This document shows positions 34,412-45,044 of a stretch of DNA of 64,000 nucleotides, piece after piece; within the stretch, counting starts at the first letter, position 1, and each line of letters begins with the position of its first letter. The notes beneath the pieces are model-generated. The model was not told where the DNA came from, made no database searches, and saw only the letters and a list, made by a program, of their open reading frames with translations. Origin of the DNA: a virus (Duplodnaviria > Caudoviricetes); the IMG/VR virus record IMGVR_UViG_3300044693_000070, positions 1,978 to 65,977 of that record; one strand, given 5' to 3'. The position numbers and the translations under genes were made by a program.

Positions 34412-34644
34412 TTCTTCCCGCCGCCCGCGTGAATCTCATCGACGCGATAGTTGCCGACCGCGAGCACCATCCAGTCGCTCGACCAGCAATCCCCGAAGAT
34501 CACGGCTTGCGGCGTGCCCTCGTCGGCCTGCGGAAAGTCGATATCCTTGAATGCGGTCGGCTGCGCGTCCTGCGGCTTCGGCGCAGTCGCGGTGCTGATG
34601 ATGTACGACGCGATTAGATAGAAAATCGCCCAATAGATATTCAC
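34408..34644 (-). CDS. small tail assembly protein
   Basis: Hydrophobic N-terminus, P-ADEG-P--VIFG; GTG start. Confidence 0.75.
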   Translation of the reverse strand: MNIYWAIFYLIASYIISTATAPKPQDAQPTAFKDIDFPQADEGTPQAVIFGDCWSSDWMVLAVGNYRVDEIHAGGGKK

Positions 34645-34656
34645 GTTCAGGACTCC

Positions 34657-35472
34657 CTAGAAGACTGGATCACCGTCGAACGGCGACTTGCCGGGAAGGT
34701 CAGGAACGCCGCCGAAGTTGTCCAGATTGTTGAACTTGCCCGCGCAATCTCCGGTGGTGCGGTTGCAGCCGGGATACGCGGTTACTTTGAGGCCGTAGTA
34801 TAGCCCGTCAGTAATGCCGAACATGGCGCAGGTGCCGCCGACCTGCTGCTCGATGCCGAGGAATTCAGTGCCGCGCGACGGGTGTTCCCACTGGATGAAT
34901 CCGCCGTCGAACGTCCCATCGGCGCCGCTCAATCCCTGGAATACGACGGTGCTGCCGGACACGTCGGACACGACCACATCCTGCGCGAAAAGCGTCTTAT
35001 CGACCTTGCAGTTCAATTCGTCGTACAGGGCGTAAGGGCACGTGCGTTGCCACGCCAGGCGCAGGCCGTCGCGCTGCATCGACGCGCTGATCGTTGCGCA
35101 CGTGATCGTCGCCGTGCCCGGCTGCGGCTGGTTCACCTGCGTCAGTTCGCCCATGTAGCCGAGCACGGATTGCGTGTCACCCTCGTGGTAGTGGAAGACG
35201 CGAACCACGATGGTCTGCGACGGCGGGGCGCCGAAGAACATCTGAACCGGCGCGATGGTGTTCGGTGCGGTGATCGTCAGGTTGTCGGTGGCCGCGTCGC
35301 CTGTGATCTTCACGCCGTCGTCGCTGATCGCAACGGCCTTCCACACGTAACCGTCCACGGCGATATCCGCGTCGGCCGACGTGTAGCGCCAGGTCGCGGA
35401 ACCCAGCGTGAAGGAGTACAGGTAAATCGGGCGGCCGTCTTCGTTGCTCGTCTCGATTGCTGCAAACGTCAT
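34657..35472 (-). CDS. tail protein, DUF2163/BR0599 family
   Basis: WQR-CPY-LYD--C...YPGC-RT---C--KF-N--NFGG-P--P Fe-S-type Cys pattern. Confidence 0.85.
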   Translation of the reverse strand: MTFAAIETSNEDGRPIYLYSFTLGSATWRYTSADADIAVDGYVWKAVAISDDGVKITGDAATDNLTITAPNTIAPVQMFFGAPPSQTIVVRVFHYHEGDTQSVLGYMGELTQVNQPQPGTATITCATISASMQRDGLRLAWQRTCPYALYDELNCKVDKTLFAQDVVVSDVSGSTVVFQGLSGADGTFDGGFIQWEHPSRGTEFLGIEQQVGGTCAMFGITDGLYYGLKVTAYPGCNRTTGDCAGKFNNLDNFGGVPDLPGKSPFDGDPVF

Positions 35473-37133
35473 TTAGGAATCCTCTTGTCGGTGAATTGGT
35501 GGAGCACCACAGCCACGTCGATGCTCACCTGATTGCTCGACGGGTGGTGGATTTCAAACTGGTCTTGATCGAAGCGCGTCTCGGTCACGAACGAGATACG
35601 TTTCAGGTCCGACAGTTTAATCGTCGGCAGTGCCGCATCCAGGGTCAGGGACTCACCAACGGGCTGCAATCCGTCCCACACCGTCACCGCATCGGTGATC
35701 GTGCGGTACAGCGTCGGGGCGCCGTTGTAGAACTGAAAGGCGAGTTGAATTCGTAGCGGCTGCGGCGTAGACATCGCGGCGCGGAACCCCTGGCTTTGGA
35801 TCAGCAGCGTGTCGCCCGCAATCTCGTCGCCAATCGGATAGATGTCGTTCGTGAAGGTCGGGCACATGAACTTCTTGGCCCGCCCGCGCGCAGCCTGGAT
35901 GAACTGGCGGAAGCTGTACGCCTGCGCGCGGCCGTACAGTCGCAGCTTCGCCTGCACGCCGCTCGTCGTGTACTTGCCGTGATCGGTGACGCTCGGTGCG
36001 CCCGTCGTGTTGTCGAGCACGAAGGACTTGCGCGAGTAGTCCCAGGTGATCCCGTCCGTCCAGTCCGGCGAGAAGTGGAAAAGCGGATTGCCCGACACGT
36101 TCGCGCCGAACGATCCGACGATCTCGTAGGGCTCGGACAGGTCGAAAAGAATCTGCGCGGTCGATACTGTGTCGGTGATATTCGTGACGTTCGGCGGCTG
36201 CGAATAGATGCGGGCCTCGCGCATCGGATAGATGCGTGTGCCGACCGGCCATGCGCGCGGCGGCGGGAACGCCCACGAGAATCGCGTCGCCTCCATGTCA
36301 CCGACTTGCAAGATGTCGTACACGTCGGGATCGCCGTTGTTCACGAATACCAGATCGCCGGTACGGAACTCGCGCAGCGCCAGGTTGTCCAGCGTCACGC
36401 CGGTCGCCTCCATGTCGATGCCATCGGCCATGCGCACCTGCTCGTGCCACAGCGGCAGCATGAACGTCCCTGCGCCAATCCCGACGAGGAAGTTGTCGAT
36501 GCGGTTGCGTTGCGTGCGCTGACGCAGGAATGACGCCTCGAACTGACGCCGCGCGTTGCGGCGAATCGAACGGCGCTGCTCGGCGTCGGTTTCGCTCGCC
36601 AGAATGTCGGTCATCCAGATCAGCCGCTCGGTGACGCCATCCTGCCAGTTCGGCAGCACGGAGAACACCGGCAGGCTGAAACGCACGTCGTCACCCTGCG
36701 GCAGATCGTCGTCGCTGATCGCCACGTCGTCCAGCAGCCAGCCGTCCTTGCCCGAGGCGTAGACGACCGCGCCGCTCGCGTCGAGGATCGTCAGGCCGAA
36801 GTAGCAGGGCGTCGGCGCGGTCGGCAGGTTTTGCAGGATCACGTCGATCCTGTAGTCGCCCTGCGGGATATACATGACGGCCACCTGCGGCGAGCCGAGC
36901 ACGCACGACATGACTATGCGGCTGTCGAATTGCGTGGTGCCGAGCCACAGCGTCGCCGCGTCGTCCGCGTTCAGCATGAAGGTGTATTCGCCCTCGGTGA
37001 AGCTGAATCGACGCGCCAGGTAATAGGTGCGAGCACCCCCTGCCGAGCCGAGTGGGCTTGCGACCGATACCATCTTCGATCCGTTGACATCGGGCGGGTC
37101 GTAGTCGAATTCGTAAGGGGTGCGGAGTGCCAC
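35469..37133 (-). CDS. distal tail-like protein with N-terminal PA14-like domain
   Basis: G-YTF-L-ADD-A-LWLG; PNW--GV-E-L-W-TDIL-SE---EQRR; follows the tape measure. Confidence 0.75.
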   Translation of the reverse strand: MALRTPYEFDYDPPDVNGSKMVSVASPLGSAGGARTYYLARRFSFTEGEYTFMLNADDAATLWLGTTQFDSRIVMSCVLGSPQVAVMYIPQGDYRIDVILQNLPTAPTPCYFGLTILDASGAVVYASGKDGWLLDDVAISDDDLPQGDDVRFSLPVFSVLPNWQDGVTERLIWMTDILASETDAEQRRSIRRNARRQFEASFLRQRTQRNRIDNFLVGIGAGTFMLPLWHEQVRMADGIDMEATGVTLDNLALREFRTGDLVFVNNGDPDVYDILQVGDMEATRFSWAFPPPRAWPVGTRIYPMREARIYSQPPNVTNITDTVSTAQILFDLSEPYEIVGSFGANVSGNPLFHFSPDWTDGITWDYSRKSFVLDNTTGAPSVTDHGKYTTSGVQAKLRLYGRAQAYSFRQFIQAARGRAKKFMCPTFTNDIYPIGDEIAGDTLLIQSQGFRAAMSTPQPLRIQLAFQFYNGAPTLYRTITDAVTVWDGLQPVGESLTLDAALPTIKLSDLKRISFVTETRFDQDQFEIHHPSSNQVSIDVAVVLHQFTDKRIPK

Positions 37134-37137
37134 GGTT

Positions 37138-40100
37138 TTATCGTCCTTTCAGCCATTGTTTGATTGTGGGCAGGTTGTTTTTGAGGTGAACCAGCGTCAC
37201 CTTTTCGCCTTCCGAGGAAGCCATCGCCTGCGGCACTTGCGAGCGGTCGTCAACCAGCACGAAGCGTTGCGGAGTAGCGGCCTGGCCTGCGGCGTTCGCC
37301 ACCGTCGATCCCAGGTTCAGGATATGACGCGGATCGTCGCGGGTCAGCACCTCTTCGCCGCGTTGCAGGACTGCGGGAACCTCGTTTGGCGCGAAGCCTG
37401 CGATGCCGCCCGTATGGTAGCGGAAGGCGCCAGCGAAGGAGCTAATCGGCACCTGGCGCGAGAACGTCGCCTGACCGCCGACGATGCCGCCTGTGTGGTG
37501 GCCCATTGCAGCCGTCGCGGCCGCGCCGATGCCGCCGCCCATGTTCTGCAACGCCTTGAGGATTTGCATGCGCAGGATCGCCATCGCAATGTCCTTCAAC
37601 AGCGAAGCGAAGAACTGCGCCGACGCGGCCAGCATTCCACGGAAGCCCTCACCGATGCCCTGCTGTCCGGTGATGACCTTGCCGATGGATTCGGCCATCT
37701 GGTCGAACGCGTTGACGCCGTTCTGCGCGATGGACTGCACCAGCGTGGTTTCCCATTCCTTCGCCTGCACGATCCCGGCCTGCGACGTTTGCAGCACCTT
37801 CTCGGCGGCCGCCTGCATCACGGCCAACTGTTCCGGCGTCATGCCGCCGCTCTGCTTCACGATGGCGATGAACGACAGCAGTTGTTGCGCGAGCATCTGG
37901 ATACTCGACGCATATTTGAACGTGACCGCGTTGACCTGATCCACTTCCTGATTCGCGTCGATCAGGCCGAGTTGCCGTTTCAGGTTGATCGCGTCGATCT
38001 CGCGCTGCTGCTGCGCCAGCAGTTCGTTCAATTGCCGCTGCGCGTCGTTCATGGTGTTCACGGCCACTTGCTGATCGACGTTGTTCTTCGCCATGCCCTG
38101 ACGGATCGTGGTGACGATCTCGGCAAAGCGCGTCGGGTCCAGCATGTTCGCGGCCAGTGCGGTGAACTTCAACGCCTCTTGCCCTGCCTCGTCGATGCCG
38201 GGGCCAAGCAATTTGATCTGGTCGTTGATCTTCTTGGTCGCTTCCTCTTGCGTGATGTTGCCAGCGGCCGCGTCGGCGTTGATGCCCGCGATGACGCCTT
38301 GCAGTACGCCCTGCTTCTTGTTGTACTCGTCCAGCAGGCGGTTCGCCTCGTCGCGGTAGGCGTTCTGCGTTTCGAGTTCCTTGCGCTGCTTGATAAGGCC
38401 GTCCAGTTTGATCTGGTCAGCTTTCGCGGCTTTCGGGTCAAGCTGCATTTCGCGGTTGATCTTGTCCTGCAACGACTTGTACGCGTTGCCCACGGCGTCC
38501 ACGCGCTTCTGCATGCGAGTCTCGAACGGCAGGTCAACGTCGGACTTCGCTGCGCTGTCGGCCAGGTCGTCTTCGATTTTCTTGATATCCGTGCGGATTT
38601 CGTTCGCCAGGTTGATGCGACGCTTCGCCAGCGACTCGCCTTGCTTGTTCTGCTCGTTGGCGTACTTCTCGCGCTCGGCTTTTGCGGCCTTCGCATACGA
38701 CGCGTCGATCATGGCTATGGCCTTGTTGCGGGCGTCGTCGTCCTTGATGCTGTCGGCGTACTGCTTCTTCAACTCGTCGAACGGCTCGCGGATGATTTCG
38801 AGGCGTTCGGCCAGGTCGCCCTTCTCGGCTTTCAGGCGGGCCAGGCGCGACTGCCGTTCGTTCTTCGCGTCTTCGGTTTGCAGCTTTTGACGCAGCGTGC
38901 GCATCACCGATTCCGCGTTGCTCGGGTTGCCGGGGTCAGGCGTCGCCGCGCTCGCGGCATCGACCGGACGTGTGGCGCGCGCCTGCTGCCCGCTCGCATA
39001 CGCAACCTTCGCGTCGAAGTTCACGCCCTTCGCGTTGGCCTCGGCCAGCAGGCGTGCCTGCTCCTTGGTCTTGTCCACGGCGATCTTCGACAGGCGATCA
39101 TATTCTGCTTTCAGACGGGCCTCGTCGCGCGTGCCCTTCGCTTCCTGATACTTGACCTGTGCGGCCTCGGCGTCCTTCATCGCCTGCGTCGCGGCTTCGA
39201 TGGATTGCGTGACGCGCTCGCGGATGCCGTTGTCGGCCATGTCCATCAGCGCGCTCGTGGCCTGGTATGCGGCGTATCCGGCCGCCAGCACGACGGTCGA
39301 TTTGCCGAGGAAGATCATCGCGCGGGCCAGATTCATCACGAGCGGCGTGAGACGCGCCACGACGCCAGCGACGCCACCAGTGCCCAGCGCGGCGGTCAGC
39401 GCGGCCGCGCCCTCGGTGCGCAGCATCCACGCGTTCAGCGCGGCCAGTTCGGCGTTCAGCAGAACCACCGCGCCCTGCACCGTGCGGAACAGACCGGGCA
39501 GCGAAAGCAGCCATCCGATGATCTTCACCGCGACCAGTGCCTCGACGATCTTCTTCAACGCGTCGAAGTTGTCCACGCAGAATTGCAGCACGTTGATGAC
39601 GGCCTCGAATGCTGCGGAAAGCTGCGATGCGAACTTGTCGGCGGTGCCGTCGTTCAGGATCGTCGTCAGCTTGTCCAGAAGACGCTGGTACGCCTGCACG
39701 AAGCCGCCGTTCGCGGTATCGGTCAGGAAGCGATTCAGCGCGTTCTGGAAGCGCGCCTGCGCGGTCAGCAGCGTTTCGGTCCCGGCCTGCGCCGCGCCGT
39801 ACGTCTTGCCCAATTCGCGCGCGATGGCGATGACCTGCTCGGAACCGATCTTGCCTTCGCTCATGGCCTTCGTGAAGTCGGCCACGGTCATGTTTGCAGC
39901 CTTCGCCGCGATCTCGAAAGCGCCCGGCAAACGGTCGCCCAACTGGCCGCGCAATTCTTCGGCCTGGATGGTGCCCTTGCTCATCATCTGCTCGAACGCC
40001 TTCATCACGCCTTCGAGTTCGTCGGTGGACAGTTTGGCCTTCGTCGCGGCGCCCGCGATCTGCTCGAACGCGAAGCGGGTCTGCTGCGTCGTGAAGCCAG

Positions 40101-42009
40101 CCGTCGATGCCGCGATGGCGAACTTCGTGTAGGCCGGGGCGATCTTCTGGAACACGAAGCCGATGCGGTCGGCCTGCGCTTGCAGGTACTTGAAGTCATC
40201 GGCCGCCTTGCGCGTGTCGCCGCCGTTGGCGATAGTCAGGCGGGACATGATGGCCTGGTTGTCGTTGTAGGCTTGCAGCGCGTCCTTGCCGACTTGGATC
40301 GCGGCGTTCAGGCCGACGAAGCCAGCAGCCAGTGACAGCAGTTCGCCGCGCATGCGCTGCATGTACGACAGCGTAGTGCGACCGTTGCCGCCACCGAACC
40401 AATCGAACACGCTGCGGCCGGATTGCTCGGCTGCGGCGCCGTGCCGCTGGTATGCGCGGTTCAACGTGTTGAGCGCGGCGGTCGCGCGCTGCGCCTGGCT
40501 GACAAGCTGCTGTTCGGCGCCGGTCAGGTCGGCGGTGTTCACGCCAGCGGCGCGCAGGGCTTCCTGTTGTGCGCGTGCGGCCGTGGTGAGATCGCCCAGG
40601 CGTGCGGCGGCCTGCTGCATCGTGCGCTGCGCGGCGGCCATGCGCGTCGTGATGTCGTCGCCCGCGTTCCCGCTACGCATTTCAGCCACCAGGCGATTCA
40701 CCGCGAGGCGGGCCTGACCGAATTCCGCGCGTGCGGCGCGAACGGCGGCCACCTGGCGATCATAGGCGTCGATCTGGCCCGCGATCTGCGTCAGCGCGCG
40801 CTGCGCCAGCGTGGCTTCGTTCAGCGCGTCGCGGTAGCCGCGCACAGGCCCACGGATCGCGGCCACGCGCGTTTCCAGGCCAGCGATTGCGGCTTCGAGG
40901 CCGTTCACGTTGCGCACGGCGGCCGCAGCCGGGTTCTGGATATCCGCGATCTGCCCGGCCAGGTTCGGTTGCGAAACCGGCGTCGATCCGCGCGCGGTGA
41001 CGAGCGCGCTGCGGGTGCCCTGCTCGGCGGCATTGGCGGCCTGCTGCAACGCGAGTTGCTGCTGCCGGATCGCGGCCGTCTTGCGGTTGATCGCCTCGGT
41101 CGCGGCGCGCTGCGCGTTCGTGAAAATGATGTCGGCTTCGGCCTGCACGGCCGCCTGGTTCATCGCGGCCACTTCGTTCGCTTCCTGCTGCGCGCGGCGC
41201 TCGGCGTCGATGGCTTTCGCCAGATCGCGCTGGGCCTGTGCGAACAGGTTATCGACCATGATCTGTTTCTCGCGCTGCACCACGGCCTCTTCGGCTGCGC
41301 GGCGCTGCGCGTTCCAGCCGCCCACGTTTTCGAGGGCCGCTTCCTGCCGCGTGATTGCCGATGTGGCGGCATTGAACGATGTGATGATGCGCTGCTGTTC
41401 GGCGGCCGCGTTGTCGGTCGTGATGCCAAATTCGGCAAGTTTGTTCTTCGTCGTCTCGATGCGGCCCTCGGCACGCGCCAGTTCCTTTTCGGCGGCGGCG
41501 ACAGCAGCGGCCAGCTTCTTCGCTTCGGCGGCCGCCTGCGCTTCCGACACGCCACCGGCATCGAGCGATTCCTTGTACGCGGCCCACTCGCGCGACATGC
41601 GAGCCATAGCGGCGGCGTGCGATCCCTCGGCCTTCGTGTACTCGGCCAGGTTCTTCGACTTGAACTCGTTGTACGTCATGCCCTGCGCGCGCGTCGCTGT
41701 CGCGGCGTAGTCGGCTTGAGCCTTGCGTGCTTTTTCGAGGTTGCTTTGCAGTTGCGCTATCGCGTCGGACTGACCTTTGAATTGCAGGATCAGCGCGTTC
41801 TGCCCAGCCAGGGCGTTTGCTGCCTGCTGGAGTTGCGTGTATGCGGTCTTGAGGTCATCGACGGTGGCGGCCCCGTTCTTCGCTGCCTCTATCTGTGCGC
41901 CTTGCGCGCTGATGATCTTGTTGAGGCCCGCCACCACCTGATCGGTAGTCTGCTTCGTTTGATTAGAAGCCTTGATGCGAAGTTCGACTTCTTGGATTTG
42001 ATTAGCCAT
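37138..42009 (-). CDS. tape measure protein
   Basis: 1623 aa, Ala-rich helical; QMMSKGTIQAEELRGQLGDRLPGA and HTGG...GEEVLT motifs. Confidence 0.95.
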   Translation of the reverse strand: MANQIQEVELRIKASNQTKQTTDQVVAGLNKIISAQGAQIEAAKNGAATVDDLKTAYTQLQQAANALAGQNALILQFKGQSDAIAQLQSNLEKARKAQADYAATATRAQGMTYNEFKSKNLAEYTKAEGSHAAAMARMSREWAAYKESLDAGGVSEAQAAAEAKKLAAAVAAAEKELARAEGRIETTKNKLAEFGITTDNAAAEQQRIITSFNAATSAITRQEAALENVGGWNAQRRAAEEAVVQREKQIMVDNLFAQAQRDLAKAIDAERRAQQEANEVAAMNQAAVQAEADIIFTNAQRAATEAINRKTAAIRQQQLALQQAANAAEQGTRSALVTARGSTPVSQPNLAGQIADIQNPAAAAVRNVNGLEAAIAGLETRVAAIRGPVRGYRDALNEATLAQRALTQIAGQIDAYDRQVAAVRAARAEFGQARLAVNRLVAEMRSGNAGDDITTRMAAAQRTMQQAAARLGDLTTAARAQQEALRAAGVNTADLTGAEQQLVSQAQRATAALNTLNRAYQRHGAAAEQSGRSVFDWFGGGNGRTTLSYMQRMRGELLSLAAGFVGLNAAIQVGKDALQAYNDNQAIMSRLTIANGGDTRKAADDFKYLQAQADRIGFVFQKIAPAYTKFAIAASTAGFTTQQTRFAFEQIAGAATKAKLSTDELEGVMKAFEQMMSKGTIQAEELRGQLGDRLPGAFEIAAKAANMTVADFTKAMSEGKIGSEQVIAIARELGKTYGAAQAGTETLLTAQARFQNALNRFLTDTANGGFVQAYQRLLDKLTTILNDGTADKFASQLSAAFEAVINVLQFCVDNFDALKKIVEALVAVKIIGWLLSLPGLFRTVQGAVVLLNAELAALNAWMLRTEGAAALTAALGTGGVAGVVARLTPLVMNLARAMIFLGKSTVVLAAGYAAYQATSALMDMADNGIRERVTQSIEAATQAMKDAEAAQVKYQEAKGTRDEARLKAEYDRLSKIAVDKTKEQARLLAEANAKGVNFDAKVAYASGQQARATRPVDAASAATPDPGNPSNAESVMRTLRQKLQTEDAKNERQSRLARLKAEKGDLAERLEIIREPFDELKKQYADSIKDDDARNKAIAMIDASYAKAAKAEREKYANEQNKQGESLAKRRINLANEIRTDIKKIEDDLADSAAKSDVDLPFETRMQKRVDAVGNAYKSLQDKINREMQLDPKAAKADQIKLDGLIKQRKELETQNAYRDEANRLLDEYNKKQGVLQGVIAGINADAAAGNITQEEATKKINDQIKLLGPGIDEAGQEALKFTALAANMLDPTRFAEIVTTIRQGMAKNNVDQQVAVNTMNDAQRQLNELLAQQQREIDAINLKRQLGLIDANQEVDQVNAVTFKYASSIQMLAQQLLSFIAIVKQSGGMTPEQLAVMQAAAEKVLQTSQAGIVQAKEWETTLVQSIAQNGVNAFDQMAESIGKVITGQQGIGEGFRGMLAASAQFFASLLKDIAMAILRMQILKALQNMGGGIGAAATAAMGHHTGGIVGGQATFSRQVPISSFAGAFRYHTGGIAGFAPNEVPAVLQRGEEVLTRDDPRHILNLGSTVANAAGQAATPQRFVLVDDRSQVPQAMASSEGEKVTLVHLKNNLPTIKQWLKGR

Positions 42010-42331
42010 CGCTGAGTGCTTTCAGTTGTCGGTTCAAATTTTCCACGCCCTTGCCACCGGGCGCGAGAACCGCAACGATGGCTGAGTGAATTAGCGTCGC
42101 TTCCGTCGCCAATCGAGCATTAATTCGCTCGCGTGCTATCTCGGTTTCTATCCACAGTTTCGACAGCGGATATCGGCTTGCATGCGGGTGTCCCTCGGAC
42201 ATCAGCAGGCTCACCTGCGAACGAAGCGACCTGTGGAATCGCTCGGCTCGCGTCAGGTGCGCTAGGCCGTCGTGAGATTCGCCGGGATCATTCCGCCCAC
42301 CAGGCTCATTACGCTGTCGAGGAACTTTTTT
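42002..42331 (-). CDS. tail assembly chaperone -1 frameshift extension (gpT-like)
   Basis: A_AAA_AAG slippery heptamer at 42331-42325; the -1 frame is open to 42002. Confidence 0.8.
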   Translation of the reverse strand, partial: KKVPRQRNEPGGRNDPGESHDGLAHLTRAERFHRSLRSQVSLLMSEGHPHASRYPLSKLWIETEIARERINARLATEATLIHSAIVAVLAPGGKGVENLNRQLKALSDG

Positions 42332-42687
42332 GCGCCGCCCGCTTCCTCGAACGTGAGTTCGATGATCTTGCGTACGCACTCGACCTGCACCGGCAGCGGC
42401 AGGCGCGCGGCCACGTCCACGGCCTGCGGCTCGTCGGCGGCCAGGGCGATCATCTTCGCCACCATGATCGGCGTCTCGCGGACGATGGTGATTGCGAAGC
42501 GCGCGGATTCGGCCAGGGCGTTTTCGCGCGTCTCTTCGTTGTCGTACAGTTGGAACAGCTTGTTGAGTTCGGGAAGGTGGTTGCGCACCAGTTCCGATAC
42601 GTCGTTCAGGGCAAGGCCGCGCAGCGCAAAGCGGCCGCCCCGAAACGACACTTCTTCCGTTACCACCATGAAGTCGTGCAGTGCCAT
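42262..42687 (-). CDS. tail assembly chaperone (gpG-like)
   Basis: Between major tail and tape measure genes; carries the slippery site. Confidence 0.85.
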   Translation of the reverse strand: MALHDFMVVTEEVSFRGGRFALRGLALNDVSELVRNHLPELNKLFQLYDNEETRENALAESARFAITIVRETPIMVAKMIALAADEPQAVDVAARLPLPVQVECVRKIIELTFEEAGGAKKFLDSVMSLVGGMIPANLTTA

Positions 42688-42701
42688 TTCGGGGCTCCTT
42701 G

Positions 42702-43517
42702 TTAAGCGGCGGCCACGCCGTCGATGTAAGCGCGCTCGGTCGCGGCGTCCTTCTTCAACACCTCGAAGTTGAACGACATCTTGAGCCAGTCGTCGCCCTT
42801 CAACGCATAGTCGCCGTTCGAGGTGATCTTCACGTACGGGTAGAAGTAGTCGCGGTTCGTGCCGTGCGGGTTGTCGGCCAGGAAGCGCAGCGCGCCCGAA
42901 ACCTGCTGACCCTTGGCGATCACGATCTCGCGCGAATAGGCTTCTTGGTCGTACGTGAATTGCAGCACGTCGCCATCGGCCACGTCCGGCGCATCGACCT
43001 CGATGTAGACGCGGGCCTTTTCAAGATCGACCTCGAAGTTGCCCGTCAGCGTAACCGGCGTCAGGGTCGGCGTGGTTGCCGGGGGAACCGGGGCAGTGAC
43101 CTTGTTGACCACCACGTTCGTCACCTTCTTCGTACCCATCGGGGTAGCTTCGTCGGTGCCGAGTTGGTAGGTGCGGCCGCGCATGACGGTCACGTTCGCA
43201 TCGACGACGGCGGTTGCTGCGGCCACGGTCAGCGGCGAAGAATCACCGCCGAAGAACATGGCGATGTTATCGACGCTGATGTTGTCCGTCTCGAACGAGC
43301 CGGTCAGGTCGTTCTTGATGACGATAGATTCGTCTTTGATGTTCAGACCTTGATCCGCGTCGATGTGATCGAGCGAGTCTTGCGAGATCGATTGCGTGAA
43401 CGCCGGGGTGTTGCCCAGGTAGCGTTCGCCGGTCGTCAGCTTCGTGCCCGGTTTGAATTGGTCGAAAAATACTCGACCCTTACCGATTGTGTACTGCTTG
43501 CCGCTGGTATCAGCCAT
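42702..43517 (-). CDS. major tail tube protein
   Basis: Y-IGKG-VFF...RYLGN-P-F; position; GGAG RBS. Confidence 0.85.
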   Translation of the reverse strand: MADTSGKQYTIGKGRVFFDQFKPGTKLTTGERYLGNTPAFTQSISQDSLDHIDADQGLNIKDESIVIKNDLTGSFETDNISVDNIAMFFGGDSSPLTVAAATAVVDANVTVMRGRTYQLGTDEATPMGTKKVTNVVVNKVTAPVPPATTPTLTPVTLTGNFEVDLEKARVYIEVDAPDVADGDVLQFTYDQEAYSREIVIAKGQQVSGALRFLADNPHGTNRDYFYPYVKITSNGDYALKGDDWLKMSFNFEVLKKDAATERAYIDGVAAA

Positions 43518-43568
43518 TTCATTTCTCCAGTTTTGGAAAGGTTGGAAGTAGTGCTATTTGCGAGCCGT

Positions 43569-44099
43569 TCACTCGCCAATCTCTACCGCGATCCCTACGC
43601 GAATCGGGAGGTAGAAGAAAACGTGATCCGACACACCTGCTTCTGGCGGTCGAACGACGGGTGGTGCGATCTCGACGCCCGAGATCATATCACCCAGCAT
43701 GTAGTCGCCAGGAAATTTAGCCATGCCCGAACCCCTGCTGACATCGATAATCCGCAGCAGTCGGCGCTCAACGTCCTGCACGAGATAGTAGGCGCCATCC
43801 TGATCGCTATCGCGCTTCGTGTCGGCCACGATCCCCTGGATCATGAGTGTCCACTTGTCGCTGCGATTCGATCCGTCTTCACCTGCAAAGAACGCCACGT
43901 CGGAACGCGGCGCTTCGACGATGGACAGCGCGGGCGGCGTGCCCGTTACGTCCTGGCCGAACAGCAGGCGGTTGTAGTAGACCTTTCCGGCAAGGTCGTA
44001 GGCATCGCCGTTGGCGGTGCTGATCCCGGCGAGAAGTGCCTGCAATTTCTGGATTACGGCCAGGCGCTTCGGTGCCGGGCGTGTAGTGGGGAAGTTCAT
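43569..44099 (-). CDS. tail terminator-like protein
   Basis: Position just upstream of the major tail gene; 176 aa. Confidence 0.65.
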   Translation of the reverse strand: MNFPTTRPAPKRLAVIQKLQALLAGISTANGDAYDLAGKVYYNRLLFGQDVTGTPPALSIVEAPRSDVAFFAGEDGSNRSDKWTLMIQGIVADTKRDSDQDGAYYLVQDVERRLLRIIDVSRGSGMAKFPGDYMLGDMISGVEIAPPVVRPPEAGVSDHVFFYLPIRVGIAVEIGE

Positions 44100-44680
44100 G
44101 CGAGCCTCGCAAATTGTCGAAGGAATTCATTGTTCACCATACGTCCAATCGGCGCCGCCGTCTTCTCGGACACCTCGCGGAATACCTGATCGACGGACGG
44201 GCCGTACAGCAGCGCGACGCGGCCAGGGACCAGCCAGTTCGTGATCGGATCGTGGCGGCCTGCGAACGCCTGCCCAGGCTTGATGCGCACGGCCAGGCCG
44301 ACGTTGCCGTTGCGGAGTTTCGTGAGCCACGCGTTCTTGAGAAGCGTCGAGCCGTTGGCGGCCTTCACGTGCACCTTCACGCCGATGCGTGCACGCGAGC
44401 CGAGCGGCGTCCCTGGTGCTGCGAATCGTGCCAGGCTGGTAGCGCGCTGGCGGGCCTTGATGACGGCTTCGAGATCGCCGGGCTTGGCCTTCTTCGATAC
44501 GCCGATGCGGTCGCTGGTGAGGTAGTCTTTGGGGAAGGCGATATCGTCGAGAATCGAGCGGCGGATCAGGGTCATGCCACCCCGTTCCGCCACCGAGTTG
44601 ATCGCCAGTTGTGCAGCCTTGTCGGCTACGTTTGGAAGCTGCCGAAAGAAGTCCGCAGCATCAAGGAGTGTCTGAGCCAT
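44096..44680 (-). CDS. tail completion protein (lambda gpZ-like)
   Basis: A-QLAIN...LYGPSVDQVF; basic; start ATG 44680. Confidence 0.7.
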   Translation of the reverse strand: MAQTLLDAADFFRQLPNVADKAAQLAINSVAERGGMTLIRRSILDDIAFPKDYLTSDRIGVSKKAKPGDLEAVIKARQRATSLARFAAPGTPLGSRARIGVKVHVKAANGSTLLKNAWLTKLRNGNVGLAVRIKPGQAFAGRHDPITNWLVPGRVALLYGPSVDQVFREVSEKTAAPIGRMVNNEFLRQFARLA

Positions 44681-45041
44681 TGTCGATCTTCGCAACGTAC
44701 CAGACCTGATCGGTCGGGCCGCAACGCGGATCGCGCGTGTCGATGGCGAGGACTTGACCGCCGAAGGCCGGGTGAAGGATTTTCACACGACCACCGCGAG
44801 CGACGACAACGGTTTTAGCGGCCAGTTCTTCGATGTCGAAGATCACCTTGTCGATAGTGTCGATGGTGACTGGATAGCCTTCGTTGTTCGGATCGCCCAC
44901 GTTGGTCAACTTGTTGTGCCAGCGGACCCGCAGCGCAACCGGCACGTCGCCATCGTTGTACCAGTATTCCGCATCCAGGGCGAAAGTCTGGTGAACGATG
45001 CGGCGTGCCGCCTGCTTCACTGCTGCGAAGTCGAACGCCAT
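44661..45041 (-). CDS. head-tail joining/closure protein
   Basis: 126 aa beta-rich; position. Confidence 0.65.
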   Translation of the reverse strand: MAFDFAAVKQAARRIVHQTFALDAEYWYNDGDVPVALRVRWHNKLTNVGDPNNEGYPVTIDTIDKVIFDIEELAAKTVVVARGGRVKILHPAFGGQVLAIDTRDPRCGPTDQVWYVAKIDNGSDTP

Positions 45042-45044
45042 GAT

